Source: Oopsacas minuta
Lineage: Eukaryota; Animalia; Porifera
Assembly: GCA_024704765.1 (NCBI GenBank)
Contig: JAKMXF010000314.1
Location: forward strand, 1-64,000
DNA: 64,000 nucleotides
Direction of reading: 5' to 3'
Positions 14,000-26,330 of the stretch are shown piece after piece; the first letter of the stretch is position 1; each line of letters begins with the position of its first letter. The position numbers were made by a program, and so were the translations under genes. The notes beneath the pieces are model-generated. The model was not told the origin of the DNA, ran no database searches, and saw nothing but the letters and a program-made list of their open reading frames with translations.

Positions 14000-15360
14000 C
14001 CGATTCCATCGAAAATACCCGGAGTTTTTCAACCTGCTGTGTTTTGGATTATTGATAGCAAGTTCATTCTAGTAATTGAAATTTCAGCAACTTGTTTACT
14101 ATACATTCATAAAAACTACAATAATATACATTTTCGAGAAACATTTATGTTCGAATTTCTTATACAACCTATTGTGTAAACCTGTGCGCTCTCTATGTAA
14201 TTGATTTAATATTTAATTCATTTTTTTATACAATATTAAACTTTCAGTATCAGTGTTGCCATACTGGCATGATTTGTGCTAGATCTTGCATAATGAGTAT
14301 TTTTGAATGATTATTCCGATAATATTATAGAATTCTGGTGTAGCTTTCCATATTGTAATACAAAGTTTGTACATATTGATGACTTGAAATTACCTAGATT
14401 TCTCATTTCTCTTAATTGAACCCAGTCTGAATTAATTTTAGCATCAATATAGTTTATTGCTTTTTTTGGTAGAAATGCTATAAATCTTCGAATAATTCTT
14501 GCATAACACCGGCATAATTGTTAATTGCCCATCTGTGTATCAGTCATTTTGTATCATTTCTTTTATCACACAATTGTGTTGCATCAGGCCTTTGGCTGTA
14601 AGTTGTTTATTCGTCTTTCAATTAAGACGTATTACGTATGATAGGCATTATTTAGGTTAACATATATGCACAATACATTCAAAGCGATCAGTTATGACGC
14701 ATTATATGTTTAATATCTATTATCCGTCTTACGAATTCAATCCTGACAGCTTTTGGATCCTGAGCAGTATTCTACGTAACCTCTAGGTTCATATTAATCA
14801 CAGCGAGATCAGCTAGATGAATGTTTCACATTGTAGCTGGTGGCATATACTTAATTCTGTTCATTGCAACTGGCCTCTCGGCAGATGCGCTCACACCGGT
14901 TGTGTTGCAACAATCTGAGTGAAGTTCAGCCAGCTTAATAACAAGATGATCATCCTTCTCCCCCAAATACATTCATATACTATGTAAATATTATAGTTAA
15001 ATGATTCCTTCTGTTGTTGATATTTGTAAATTATACAAATGGAATCTAGGATGCTGATTCTGAGTATTGCATTATCACCATTTGTGAGAATTTTTGTTTT
15101 CATACGATTAAGCATATTTTCATACCTTTTGAATGATTATTCAGGAGAGTCATTTTGACAAATTGTGTCGATGTTCATTAATGTTCGCATAATAATATGA
15201 ATCAATTGCCTTAATTTCCTGCAAATATTATACACTATAACTCCGTTTGTGCCTACTTTGCTTCCAAATGGTTTTCCTAGCACTTATAATAAAAGTATTT
15301 AGACAAAACCTATAAATGAGGAAGTAACTCTTATCTGAGTTCTGCTGTATTTAGTTATCA
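14000..15360 (-). mobile_element. Decayed hAT (ZMYM1-like) transposase fragments
   Basis: Minus strand ~14890-14790 reads SASAERPVAMNRIK...TM...LADLAVINM, a hAT C-terminal dimerisation motif. A possible YxDG motif lies at ~14530. Boundaries are approximate. Confidence 0.5.
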
Positions 15361-15399
15361 TATACTCATTAATGTCAAAATTGTTTGATACCATTTTTC

Positions 15400-16460
15400 A
15401 GCCTCTAACTAAGCGTGTGTCCATTATGGCAGGTTGTAGAAATTTAATGATTATGGCAGTATCAAGTTTGGCAGGTTAAGGGTCGTAGCCCAAGTATGGA
15501 CACGACGTGTTTATATCTTTGTGGCATACTCTCAATTAGAGTATGGAGGCTATTAATGTTGATGCTATCCCAAGTGCCTAATATGGCATTCCACAACTCT
15601 GGGTGGTTTGATGGGCTTTTCTCTTGAAATCTAAGGAGAATGTGATCCCAAAGATTCTCAATCGGATTTAGATCAGGTGGTTGAGCAGGCCAATTCATAA
15701 CCTCTATTTTTGCTCATCAAACCATTGCTTAGTAGCCTTTGATTTATGGCATGCTGAAAGGTCCAGCCAGAATGTAGAGAATGTAAATCAACGCTTGGAA
15801 TTAGTGCATTTTCCAATATATCAATGTATGAATTTATCTTGAGGTTCCCAGATACTATTCACAAGAGTCCTATGCCACTCCAGCAAAGCCATCCCCAAAC
15901 CATGATGCCACCTCCACCAAACTTGCATGTTTTGAAAACACCTTTCTGAGAACTCCTCCCGTTTCATCCTCCAGACCTAGACTCTCTCGTCATTAGTATA
16001 CAGAAGGAACCTAGATTCGTCGCTGAACATAACTCTTTCTCATTCTTTAGTATTCCAATTCTTGTGCGATCTTGCGAGGGAAATTTGTTCACTTTTGTGC
16101 TTGGCAGTAAGGTGGGGCTTCCTTCGTGGTTTCCGTCCGGACAGTCCAACCCCTCGTAGCTTTCTCTGGACTGTTGAAGTGGAAAGTGTTATCGATTATT
16201 CTGACAACACTTCAGCTCTTACCTGAGTAGCAGTCTTAAATCGACCCCTTTTGCATTTCTGATATTATATTGTCTTACCTTTTGGTTATAACAAGAGGCC
16301 TACCCGGAATAGCGAGGTCTTTTGCCGAGCCAGTCAGCCTGTGTTTCTTCAGGGACTCGGCTACACTTTTTTTGCAACACCCAACCATTTTAGCCACCTC
16401 CCTCTCAGTATGGCCACTTTCTGAAAGCAGATGCTACTTTCACTCCGAGCAGTACAGTTT
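15400..16460 (-). mobile_element. Tc1 transposon relic (classical DD34E), both ends lost
   Basis: ORF 15462-15698 WPAQPPDLNPIENLW. D...E spacing is 34 after repairing one frameshift. N-terminal HTH fragment ESGHTEREVAKMVGC...PGRP at ~16300-16430. Confidence 0.8.
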
Positions 16461-18164
16461 GTGGAACGGAGAGTTTTACGGGTCGCTGTTCGCCCTCATA
16501 TTTTCTCGTTCACAAACTTACCGGGGCTTAGATTCAACGCTCTTGGCTGTGTTATTCGATATCAAAGAAAATTTTTATTTTGCTTTTTTGCCAGTTGTTC
16601 GATCATCCAATCGTGACCCCATTTGTTACCGGTTTTACTAACTGGAGAATGGGTGAAGAAAAGATTACTGCTCATGAGAACGGCCAAAGCCACCGTGCAT
16701 CAATTATACCTTTTTCTTTCAAGAGTATGGATCTGAATGTGAATCCTGGCGCGTTGTACTCACGCGTATTCTCAGTTTACTTCGATTCATCACGGAGCGC
16801 TGCCCTGCACTTCGTGGTTCGGACCAAACCATTGGTTCTCCGAACATTAGGAACTATCTTGGCTTTTTGGAATTGATAGCTGAATACGATGCTTTCCTCT
16901 CTGAGTATATTCCCAAACATGCTAATAATGGTCGCGGGACAACGTCATACTTGTTTTCTACTGTATGTGATGAATTTGCCTCCATAATAGGAAAATGTGT
17001 TTTATATGAAATTATGAGTGTAATCAAACGCGTTGGTCACTTCTCCGTATCAGTGGCCTCGACGCCTGACGTTTCTAACGGGGATCAACTTACTTGTGTG
17101 TTTTGCTATGTGTTGCGTACGGCCCATTCGAAAGCTTTTATGCACTTTCTGCCAACTGCAGCCGGCTTGAAATAGCCATTTTAATTGAGGTATGGTTTGA
17201 AATTCTGTCGCAGTTCAACGAGATCAATACACCACTGCAGACCGCTGGCATAGCTCAGAACACACCTGTAGGTTTTATGAAGCGTTTGATCTACTTCCTA
17301 CAGCAGATTAGTTACCCGTTCGACCGTTTTGACGCTTGTGGCGTAGAGCGAGTTGTACATTAAGATAATACAGAAGCGGAATGTTCAATGGGACTTTGTA
17401 ACAGGAGAGGAAGTAGTCCTGGATCCCAGGAAACGCTTTTGGGTAGAGATTTATAGTTTAATATTGACAGCACACTCAGTGCATTACAGCATCGGCTGAA
17501 TTCCTAGGAAGCCATCTGTGCCAACTACAGCTCCCTCAGCAACCTCCATACGTCTTCATGTGGTGATATCACTTTTGCAGCTGAGCGGCTAGTTCGCGAA
17601 TATCCAGAATATTTGGAAGAAGTTCTCTCTGTTGAGCTAATTCACTTCGTTGGTTTTGTTACATCAGAGCAGGGTCAGTAGGCCCTAGATTCTAACTAAA
17701 CCAGAGGTTAATATTGGCTACGAGCTACGTTTATCCCTTTATTCACAGAACTATGCCTAGATCAGACATTTTCGAACGTCTACGTAATGCTTCGTATCTA
17801 CTTCTGTATGATGATTACAAACTGTGAGGGTGAACGCTCCTTTTCAAAACTGGCGCGAATCAAGAACCAATTGGGATTACCATGGGCCAACAACGTCTGG
17901 TCATGCTCACGCTTATGAGCATAGAGCACGAGATGTTGCGCGCAAGCTTTTGATTTCAAGCAATGTGATAGATGAATCCCCGAAATAAAAGTACCGCAAA
18001 AAGCCTATGTAGAAAGTTGTTTCTGTTGTGAATGTTATATATGAGATTAATATATTGTTGGCTAACTTGAATCTGTGTAAACTGTGTGGTTGGTTCGATG
18101 TGAGACATATGATGGCCTAAAGTTTTAGACAGCGCCAGGGTCCAGACGACTTAATGCGGCCCAG
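16460..18164 (+). mobile_element. Internally deleted hAT (ZMYM1/DUF4371-like) element
   Basis: TTF-type Zn-finger remnant; NFLALLELIAEYDAFL...STPDVSNGDQL (16867-17175); dimerisation motif TNCEGERSFSKLARIKNQL (~17820). Right end TTAATGCGGCCCAG at 18151-18164. Confidence 0.8.
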
Positions 18165-19386
18165 AATATAGGTTGGCATCTAACCCTATCAGAGGAGGTT
18201 ACACCTGTCAAAATGAATCTGAATGAACACACCCAAAGAATATTTCTTATAACCCTCTGAGGGTGGTATAAGCTGAAGTTTCATTTAGTCCAGTCTATTA
18301 CCCAAATCTGTCTTAAACTAGTCCCTGAAATTGCGCAGGGGACAAGAAAATAGTTCAAGGCTTGTGAGTGATAATTTATCACCACCCTCTCTAAGAAATT
18401 TGCGCCTTATTTAACTACTCGCCAAATTGTGATAATTAGGTTCCTAATTCATATGTATTTTCAAAAATTTTCAAAATTTGGATACCAAAATCCCCAATAC
18501 AAGAATATGCTCCCAGACGCTTATTCAGAAAATACGGTAATCTGAGGTATATGATACAAAGACCACTTTCTCACATATCACTTCGTGCAATGATTACTAA
18601 TCCGAAAAAGTTCTGAAAATCCATCGTCAACAACTTTTTTTGCCACTTTGGACACATTTTGAACATTAATATATATATATATACCGCTTTCAAATTAACC
18701 CTAAAAGAAGTATATGTCGATATTCGTGATCAGCGTAAATCTTCACGTCATTTGAGATGTCCCTCAAATATTTTAGGTATATTTTTTCTCCCACCAACGG
18801 TAGGAATTTCTCATGAATGTGATAATATTCAAGTATTAAATTTATCCCAACTCTATCGATTGACCCCATTTTCGAGTCCCCTAGTTTCCTGAGCTTCGTT
18901 TTACATATATCGACACTCTAAAATGACTTTTACACGATTTGCTGGATCTTCTACCCGCCCACGTTATTTTATTCTTTTTCACTTATTTCTTACAACTATT
19001 GATGTCATCTATATTTTTGTGATAAAGACTCACTATAATCATAACTTCTCGTCGAAATGTATATCGTGATAATCCCTTTTTTCATGTTATGTGATGGTTT
19101 ATTTTTACTGTTTAGTAACTACACTTCATCGCTAACTGCAATTTTTTTCTTGTTCGGATGGGGACTATGCAATTTCATTCACTTGGAACTCTGTGCGATA
19201 TGATAAATTTTCGTCGGATAAGACATCCTCAATTTTAAGTGCAGTATATATCCTATTTATCATCCAATCTGATTGAAATCACAATTGTATTTTCATCTAA
19301 TCGTTAGAAATCTAAATAATGCTAAAATTATGTTGATTATATCGATATATTTATTCGTATACTATGTATGTAGAAATTTACTGATA

Positions 19387-19493
19387 CTGACAACCTCGGC
19401 TAATACGCACTCGAATATGAAGTACCTTCATATGACCTACCTCAGTTTATATTTCCGTTTCCCAAGTGAGTACGTCTTAATCGAGTTGTACTG
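19387..19493. mobile_element. Degenerate copy of the 13789-13974 MITE family
   Basis: Right end GTACGTCTTAATCGAGTTGTACTG is close to GTACGTCTTATCCGAGTTCTACTG; the left end is degraded. Confidence 0.6.
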
Positions 19494-21579
19494 TTTGAAA
19501 ATTGGATGCCGCTATGGAAGATCGAGCAAATAGGTGTTAACAAGCCATTCAGATGGCAAATATGTGTAGACGAGACTCAACTAACCTAGCGGTGTCGATT
19601 AAGGGGTCACTTGATGGGGCTGTGACTCATTGAGAATGGAATGCTACCATATTCCTGGGAAATTCCTACGTTTAGAGGTACCACAAACAGATTTGAATAT
19701 GCTGTACTATGGAGTGGATGAGGTAGTCTTAAATAGTGTGATGTATGTTCTAAGCATTGTTGGCTCCCTTTGAATGCTCTTCAGAGATCTGCTTCTCAAG
19801 GCGAGTACACATAATAAGACCCCAGGATGTCATTAATGTGTCCACGATTTCCTTTACGAAATTGGAGTGGGCATCGTCCAGCATTGCACCTACCTTAGGC
19901 ATATTTCGCAAGAGATGCATGATCTCACTGGTTATTTGTGATATTTGACAAACTCAGGGATTCTCGCTACTCTAACTGTAAAATCTCAAATGATTTTGGC
20001 TCATATGAAATTTTCTGCAGATATGTCAAATCCAACAGATCTTTGAAAATAAAGATTTCATATTGCTGGGACCAGTTTATTATCTGTGTGCGCCATTACG
20101 GAAATCCCGTGTTTTGAAAGGTAGGTAATGATCTTCTAAATCAGTGGTTATCAACTGGTGTGCATTCGGCCTTGGTCAAGTGCCATCAAAATTCATCGTA
20201 TTATTATTTATTTGCTCTCAGTCTCGTATTTCTGACCCTATAGACTCATGAAAATGCCAAAAGTCAAGAAGAATTACTCCTTAGCGCCCCTATTAAAATA
20301 TTACTGAAAAATTTAAGACACTTTGTTAACTTACCCAGTGGGGCTGTTCAGAGCAAGTCTCTGAATATTTTTCAGCTAATATGCTAGGCATTTGAAAAGT
20401 TTTCAATATTTGCATATTGCAATACTGAATATTTTACTTGTGAAAAATTTATATGTAACTTCACCCAGTATTGATTTTGGGTTCCATAAATTTATATACA
20501 TTTACAATGATTTCAGCAATACGATAATAGGCGTCATTTACTCATACATTATTTTTCCAGATAATGTTTGATTCAACTTCATCGCTAACATTTTTAGCCT
20601 TTCTCTCCCAAACCTTACTTATTACTGCCTCTCGGATGCATTACTTTCGGGCCCTCAACTAACCCCCAACCCTTGTGCTTTGGTACCTGTCTCCCCCTCT
20701 CTCGCGTGCCTGATTAGGGATCATATATAAGTGGCGCAGGTCTTTGAGAAACACCGTTCTAAATTTTTGAAACTTACCTCGAATTGTTTAGAGTTTGGAT
20801 TGTTAATTATCAAGCGTGAGTTAATTTCAGGCGTATCCGATTTAAATTAACTTTTCACAAACATTCCTAGTGATATCCACTAGCCCCAATCTTAGCCTAC
20901 TACTTGTTTATTATACGGTAATGCAACTGAGTACTAACTGACTAGATTGATTGACAGTAATTGATGGCGAAAATCTGATTTGTCATCATGTGGTTGAGTA
21001 ATAATTTATTTATTTCCAAAAGTGCTGCTTTGCAAACAGTAATTTTATCTCTTTTTTTATATTCCGCGAATATTGTATCATTTAAGAATAATTTCTATGT
21101 ATTTTCTTGTTCCAGAATTATTATAATCCACCATTTATACTCATTAATAAAACACATTTTCCACTGTACAAATACGAATAAACAGTGAAAACTGCATATT
21201 CCCATTTAGTCTAATTGTAAATATGCCTAATAGCAATAGGCTTCATGGACATATAGTGCAGGTTTATTGTGCATAATAATGAAATTCGTTATGAATATAG
21301 TAATTTCTTTAGTTAGCTTAGAATATATGAATAAAGTTGAATAGATCCCTGTGTTGCTGAGGATTTGCATTTTCGTTCGTTGATGCTATAACTCCATATC
21401 TATGAGTGCAATGGCTTAAAACTGTATCCCTAATCTTACTCATAAGGCAACTTCCCATCCACAAATACTTTGGTTTATTACTAAAATTATCAATTTTGGC
21501 ACTATATATTTAAATATTGCAATTTGATCACATAAATATTTAAATATGTTAAATAGTTAAGCACAGTCAATATCCTCTA

Positions 21580-22049
21580 ACTCGAACCATCATGGGATAT
21601 TATCTCTGGCTTTTGAAGGCATTGAATCGGGCATCGATCCCTCTTTTGAATACCAATGTGCATATGATGTAATTGAAAGGATGCTGATGAGCCCAGTTCC
21701 CTCTGAAGATATTGAAGAAATAAAATTTTTCCAACCAGCCCCAAGAAAACGTCATCATTTGGAAAATGACGAATTAGAATCGACCAAACGTGCAATTTTA
21801 GAGAAAGAAGATAAAAAATTGGAGATTTTGACTAACAATGATTCTAAGCTAGATCGGCTTGAGAGTAAATTCGATCGAGTGATCCAGATTTTGCAACATA
21901 CAGCAGCGGACCAATCAAAGACACTTTCTCTTCTGATGGCTCAAACTATGCCCCCTCTGCCACATTTTCAGACATTGCCCCCTTCATTTCCTACTTATAA
22001 TTTCTCTTCATTGCCTCATTACTTTCAAAGTAAGATTAGGAATCCATAA
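21580..22049 (+). mobile_element. Probable Harbinger second gene (Myb/SANT-type partner), 3' part only
   Basis: Reads LAFEGIESGIDPS, then a charged coiled-coil stretch and a Pro-rich tail. It converges tail-to-tail on the adjacent Harbinger nuclease. The N-terminal Myb domain is not seen. Confidence 0.5.
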
Positions 22050-22129
22050 TTAAGATTATTATGTTATAAGTAAATCAGAGCCTAATTCATTCATGTGCTC
22101 AGTTAATTAATTAAACTTCCTATATCATG

Positions 22130-23200
22130 TGAAATAGTTTATAATTATATTTTCTAGAACTAAAACTCCATTATCTGAATATTCAGTGTAGTCTGTTTCG
22201 GTTTAGGGCATGTCACTTTCCAAATTTCAATATCAATTTGGAGACCGCAATCAACACAAAAATTATGAAGTATCATGGAAGATAAGATTAGTTTGCAAAC
22301 CCTCATTGAGCAATAGCACAAACTGCCGGCAGTCTTGTCCATTGATCTCCATCTGCTATTCCAAAGGTGCATTCAATTCAATTGTCTTTCAAGTTTCCAG
22401 GAAAGCACGATTATAACTTCTTTCGCGAGCTGTAACAGGAGATAGTAATGGAGTCATTAAATTTAGGCGCAACGGATAACCACTATCACCGAGAAACCAC
22501 CCATCAATAATTGGAATTGTTTACTGGCGATCTTAAGATTGATTCCTGATTACCTGCAATATGAACGCGTCATGTGTGCTGCCTGGCCACTTCACAACTA
22601 CATCAATAAATTTAAATACATCGTCACATACGCTTGGACGTTAATTGAATGAAAACTTTTACGATTAACATAAATAGCTTCGTTGGTGCTAGGTGCAACA
22701 ATTGGGATGTGTGTGCCGTCTATGCAACCTAATACTTAGGAAACCCGAACTTTTCCATATGTAAATCCATGCTGCATGCTCATCTGTCTAGCAGCAGTTG
22801 GAAACTGTATATAGTCTATCGCAATTGAGCACAATGCATCTGTTACACCTTTAACACAGTTGGACACAGGGGGCTGGGAAATTCGATGAGCTGGTGCAAT
22901 CACAGTTTGGAAACTACCCGTAGCTAGAATCTGAAGAGTGACCGCTAATTGAGTTGTCACCGAAAGCGAATGAGATCGGCTTGTAGATCGAGACATGAAA
23001 GTCTCAATATTATCATGCAATTCTAAGGACATTTCTCCTCTGATTCTATAACGAGAAATAAATTCTACATCTGTGTACGCATCAAGAGGCTTTAATCTGT
23101 CACAAAAATTCTCTTGCGTCGTTTAAAATATTTTCCCACCTGGTGTCTGAGATTCCAAATGTTCCTAAATATTTATCTTCACGAGTATGACTAATTCCAA
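22130..23200 (-). mobile_element. PIF/Harbinger transposase (HARBI1-like) pseudogene
   Basis: LAVTLQILATGSFQ...ISQPPVS (22736-23032), then [57 protein letters not shown] and ILHN; several frameshifts. Confidence 0.88.
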
Positions 23201-23699
23201 CACATCCTGGTTGTTTTTCATGGAATAGAAACATTTCTTTGGAAATTTGGGTTTACGGTTGTAGGTTAATTGAGTATTATGGTTCCATTTATGACATAAT
23301 CAAGTATTATTAATAATTGCAATTGTTTATGTCTTATGTATATATATGAATACAAGTTCTAATGAGTCTGAGAAACTCGCTTCTATAGTTTCAATGTACT
23401 TCTATCTCATAAAACCTACTTAATCGTAAATGTTGAATTCTGGATTTCCAGTTCTATCCCACCTTCTAATTAACTGCCTTCTATTAGGACGTCTGAAAGT
23501 CCCAAAGTGTTGCCATATATTATGCTCATATCGTAAATAGAATGTGTATTATTGAATTCGTTTTTATATTTGTCCGATCGATGTATATTCACTAGTGTTG
23601 GATTTTATCACGCTCTATTTGAATTAGATGTTCGTATATTCCTAGTTTCTAATTTCCAGATTTTACTCAGTTTTATTGCGTTTATTTTTGATTTTTTAG

Positions 23700-24194
23700 C
23701 AACAAGGTCCTATTGAGAATCTATATATTGGTTTGTTAGCTGAAGACAGTCGGAACGTTGTTGAACTAATTGAGAATGCATATCGCTCTATTGCTGAAAC
23801 TATTCAAGTTCGTAATGGGACTACCAATAGTCTGAGAATAATCGCTAACGCGACTTGTCTGAAGCAAACTGAAGACGGACAGTGCACTGGAGTAACAATT
23901 GGTACTGAGGCAACCTACGATATTACAGTTGAATTATTGGATTGTGCTTCTATTGACGATCAACAAAGCTTGCGTTTTGTTTTCTATGGGGATATCATTA
24001 TTGAAATCGAGCAAATTTGTGAATGCGATTGTAGTACTCAAGCTGATATGAATAATGAATTTTGTAATAATGAAATACTCTTGTGCGGGCAGTGTATTTG
24101 CGGTGACCGACAGGGAAGTAGATGTGAATGCCCTTCTTCTCAAAATACTTTTGAAAATAATGAATTATGTCGCAGATCCAATAGTAGTGACGTG
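23700..24194 (+). CDS. ITGB: Integrin beta subunit, internal exon (end of beta-I, hybrid domain, I-EGF1)
   Basis: Encodes LAEDSRNVVELIENAYRSI...ICECDC...CGQCIC...GSRCEC. Polypyrimidine tract and AG at 23698-23699, donor G|GTATGT at 24195; 495 nt, phase 0/0, in frame with both flanking exons. Confidence 0.93.
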
Positions 24195-26169
24195 GTATGT
24201 TCAATATATAGAGATTCGTTTAGAATGTATTTAATTTGCTTCTGTTTATTTATATTCCTAAATTAGGCTACACATGCAATTGCAATTTGGCCATAAAATT
24301 ATTCCATTTATTATATAGATTGAGACAAGCACAAACGATACATAATTTCCCCATTAATCATTATATTTAAGGATTTTCTATTACTTTATTTATCTCACCA
24401 AAAATATTCTTATCTAACATATTTCTGACATTAAACGAATACATTTGCTTGGAATATCTCACTGGGAATTACCTTTGGAAAATGGGGCTCCATTGGAACT
24501 AGGTTGGGTGGTATATACCCAAAGAATCCTCTAGGCCCCTATCGGCCATATAAACTTTAACCGAGCTAAAATTGATGTATTTATTAGTTGTTAAGTATTA
24601 TAGAATACACTCATTCGATGGGTGACAAGTTATGAGAGTATATTGTTCAAAATTTCCGAATCTTGTCAACTATTATAATGTTGTGTCGTCCAAGGTGTAG
24701 TTCTTCACCCCTTATTATTTTATACCTCCTGCCCCACTGGTTATTAGCAACAAATATGTATAATACAACTTTCTACATCGCAACTCTAGGTAATTTATCT
24801 GAGTTCATTTGTTTTGTAGTCAACAATTCGGCCTACGTATTTTGTCATACAATGGCTTCTCTTCTGAAAGTTCATATTCTTCCTGAAATTCATTCATTCG
24901 CTATTTGGGCCCCCCCACAAAAACTGAGCACAATGTTTTCCCAATGCCTTGTAATAATGAGATTATTTGTCCATCTCCATTGTATTCGTACCAAACTTTT
25001 CAGATTAGTGATATTGAAATCAATGTATTTTTTCCGAGCAGGTTACCATATTATTTTGTTATCTTCCGTTACAGGGAGTTTGCAGGTTGCCCTCTCCATG
25101 CATGACCTGCTTAATCTACGACTATTTATTATATTTTTGTACCCGAAAGAGAAGGCTATGAAAATAGAAAACCATTTTCTAATTTCTATAAGATAGTCTA
25201 TTCCAGGGGTACCCAAACAATTGCCATAGTGTTTAATGCGGCATACTAAATAATTTATGCGCCCTGCCAATTTGTTTACTAATATCTACTTTCTCAGTTT
25301 ATGAATTACGAATTATCTCTAAATATTCATTTTATGGATGTTTACCCTACAAAATGAAGCCTAATGTAATTAATTTGGAGTATTTGTATTAGACTCATTT
25401 ACTTAGGTCGTCATTAAATATCAGTATTAGACATGCAATCCATTTTTTCATTGCCTGTAATGAAAATGATAAACGCAAAAATAGCGTCATGGGAAAGTGC
25501 GATATACTTCCGCAATCTGTAAAACCTTTCCACCAGCGCATCTGCTCTAAAGTTCATCAACTACAATTTATGTATTCCTTTTGATGCAATTCGATATTTT
25601 ACACCCTATTTCTTATATATTTTTATTCGCATAGATTGAGGCTGCATTTACTATTTCTTCATACTTTCCGGTATTTCTTTGTTAGCTGGGTAAAATTACA
25701 TTTCAAGCTATCGTGTGTAAAGAATCACTTCGGTATATTCGACTTACTTATTTCTGTACTTTGCTGTACTTGTGACCTCTTGGATTTTAACGTTCTTTGA
25801 CACTGCTCAGCCAAATACTGGATCGAAGTTTGGAATTTTTCAGACATATATTTTTCATGCTTATTTTGTCAGTGTTTGCAATTCTATCCTACTGGCTTTA
25901 TTTGTGAAGTTTAAAATATTTCCAGCAGGATCGAAATGCAAACACTGGCAAAATATGTATGAAAATTTGTCTGAATGTTCTTTCTAGAATGTTCTTATTC
26001 TGTGTTAAATTGTACAACTGATTTAAAAGGCCAGATTTCACGCATAATTGGAATATACCCTCGTAAAACGTATCCTAGGCAAGATTATACCCATAGATAA
26101 TAACATGTTATTGAAGTTTACTATCTCAAAAATATCATGCTCAATTGCCTATTAAAAGTTGCTGGGATA

Positions 26170-26330
26170 ACAATCAGGGTTAGAAATACAACTAATCCAA
26201 GAAAGACATGTCCTCACCACACAGACAACGCATTAAAAGACATTGGCACGCATCCATGATCTGGGAGTCAATGTGGCAAGACCCCAAAGTTAAACCTTGC
26301 GCAAAGGAATTTCTCTATTGTATGGTCAAT
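26170..26330 (+). mobile_element. Short LINE RT C-terminal relic
   Basis: Contains HDLGVNV (compare KDLGV) at ~26256; heavily degraded. Confidence 0.3.

Noticed and set aside
24663-25196. 177-aa ORF in intron 2
   Set aside because: TTG start, low-information composition, no recognisable domain or splice signals tying it to a gene.
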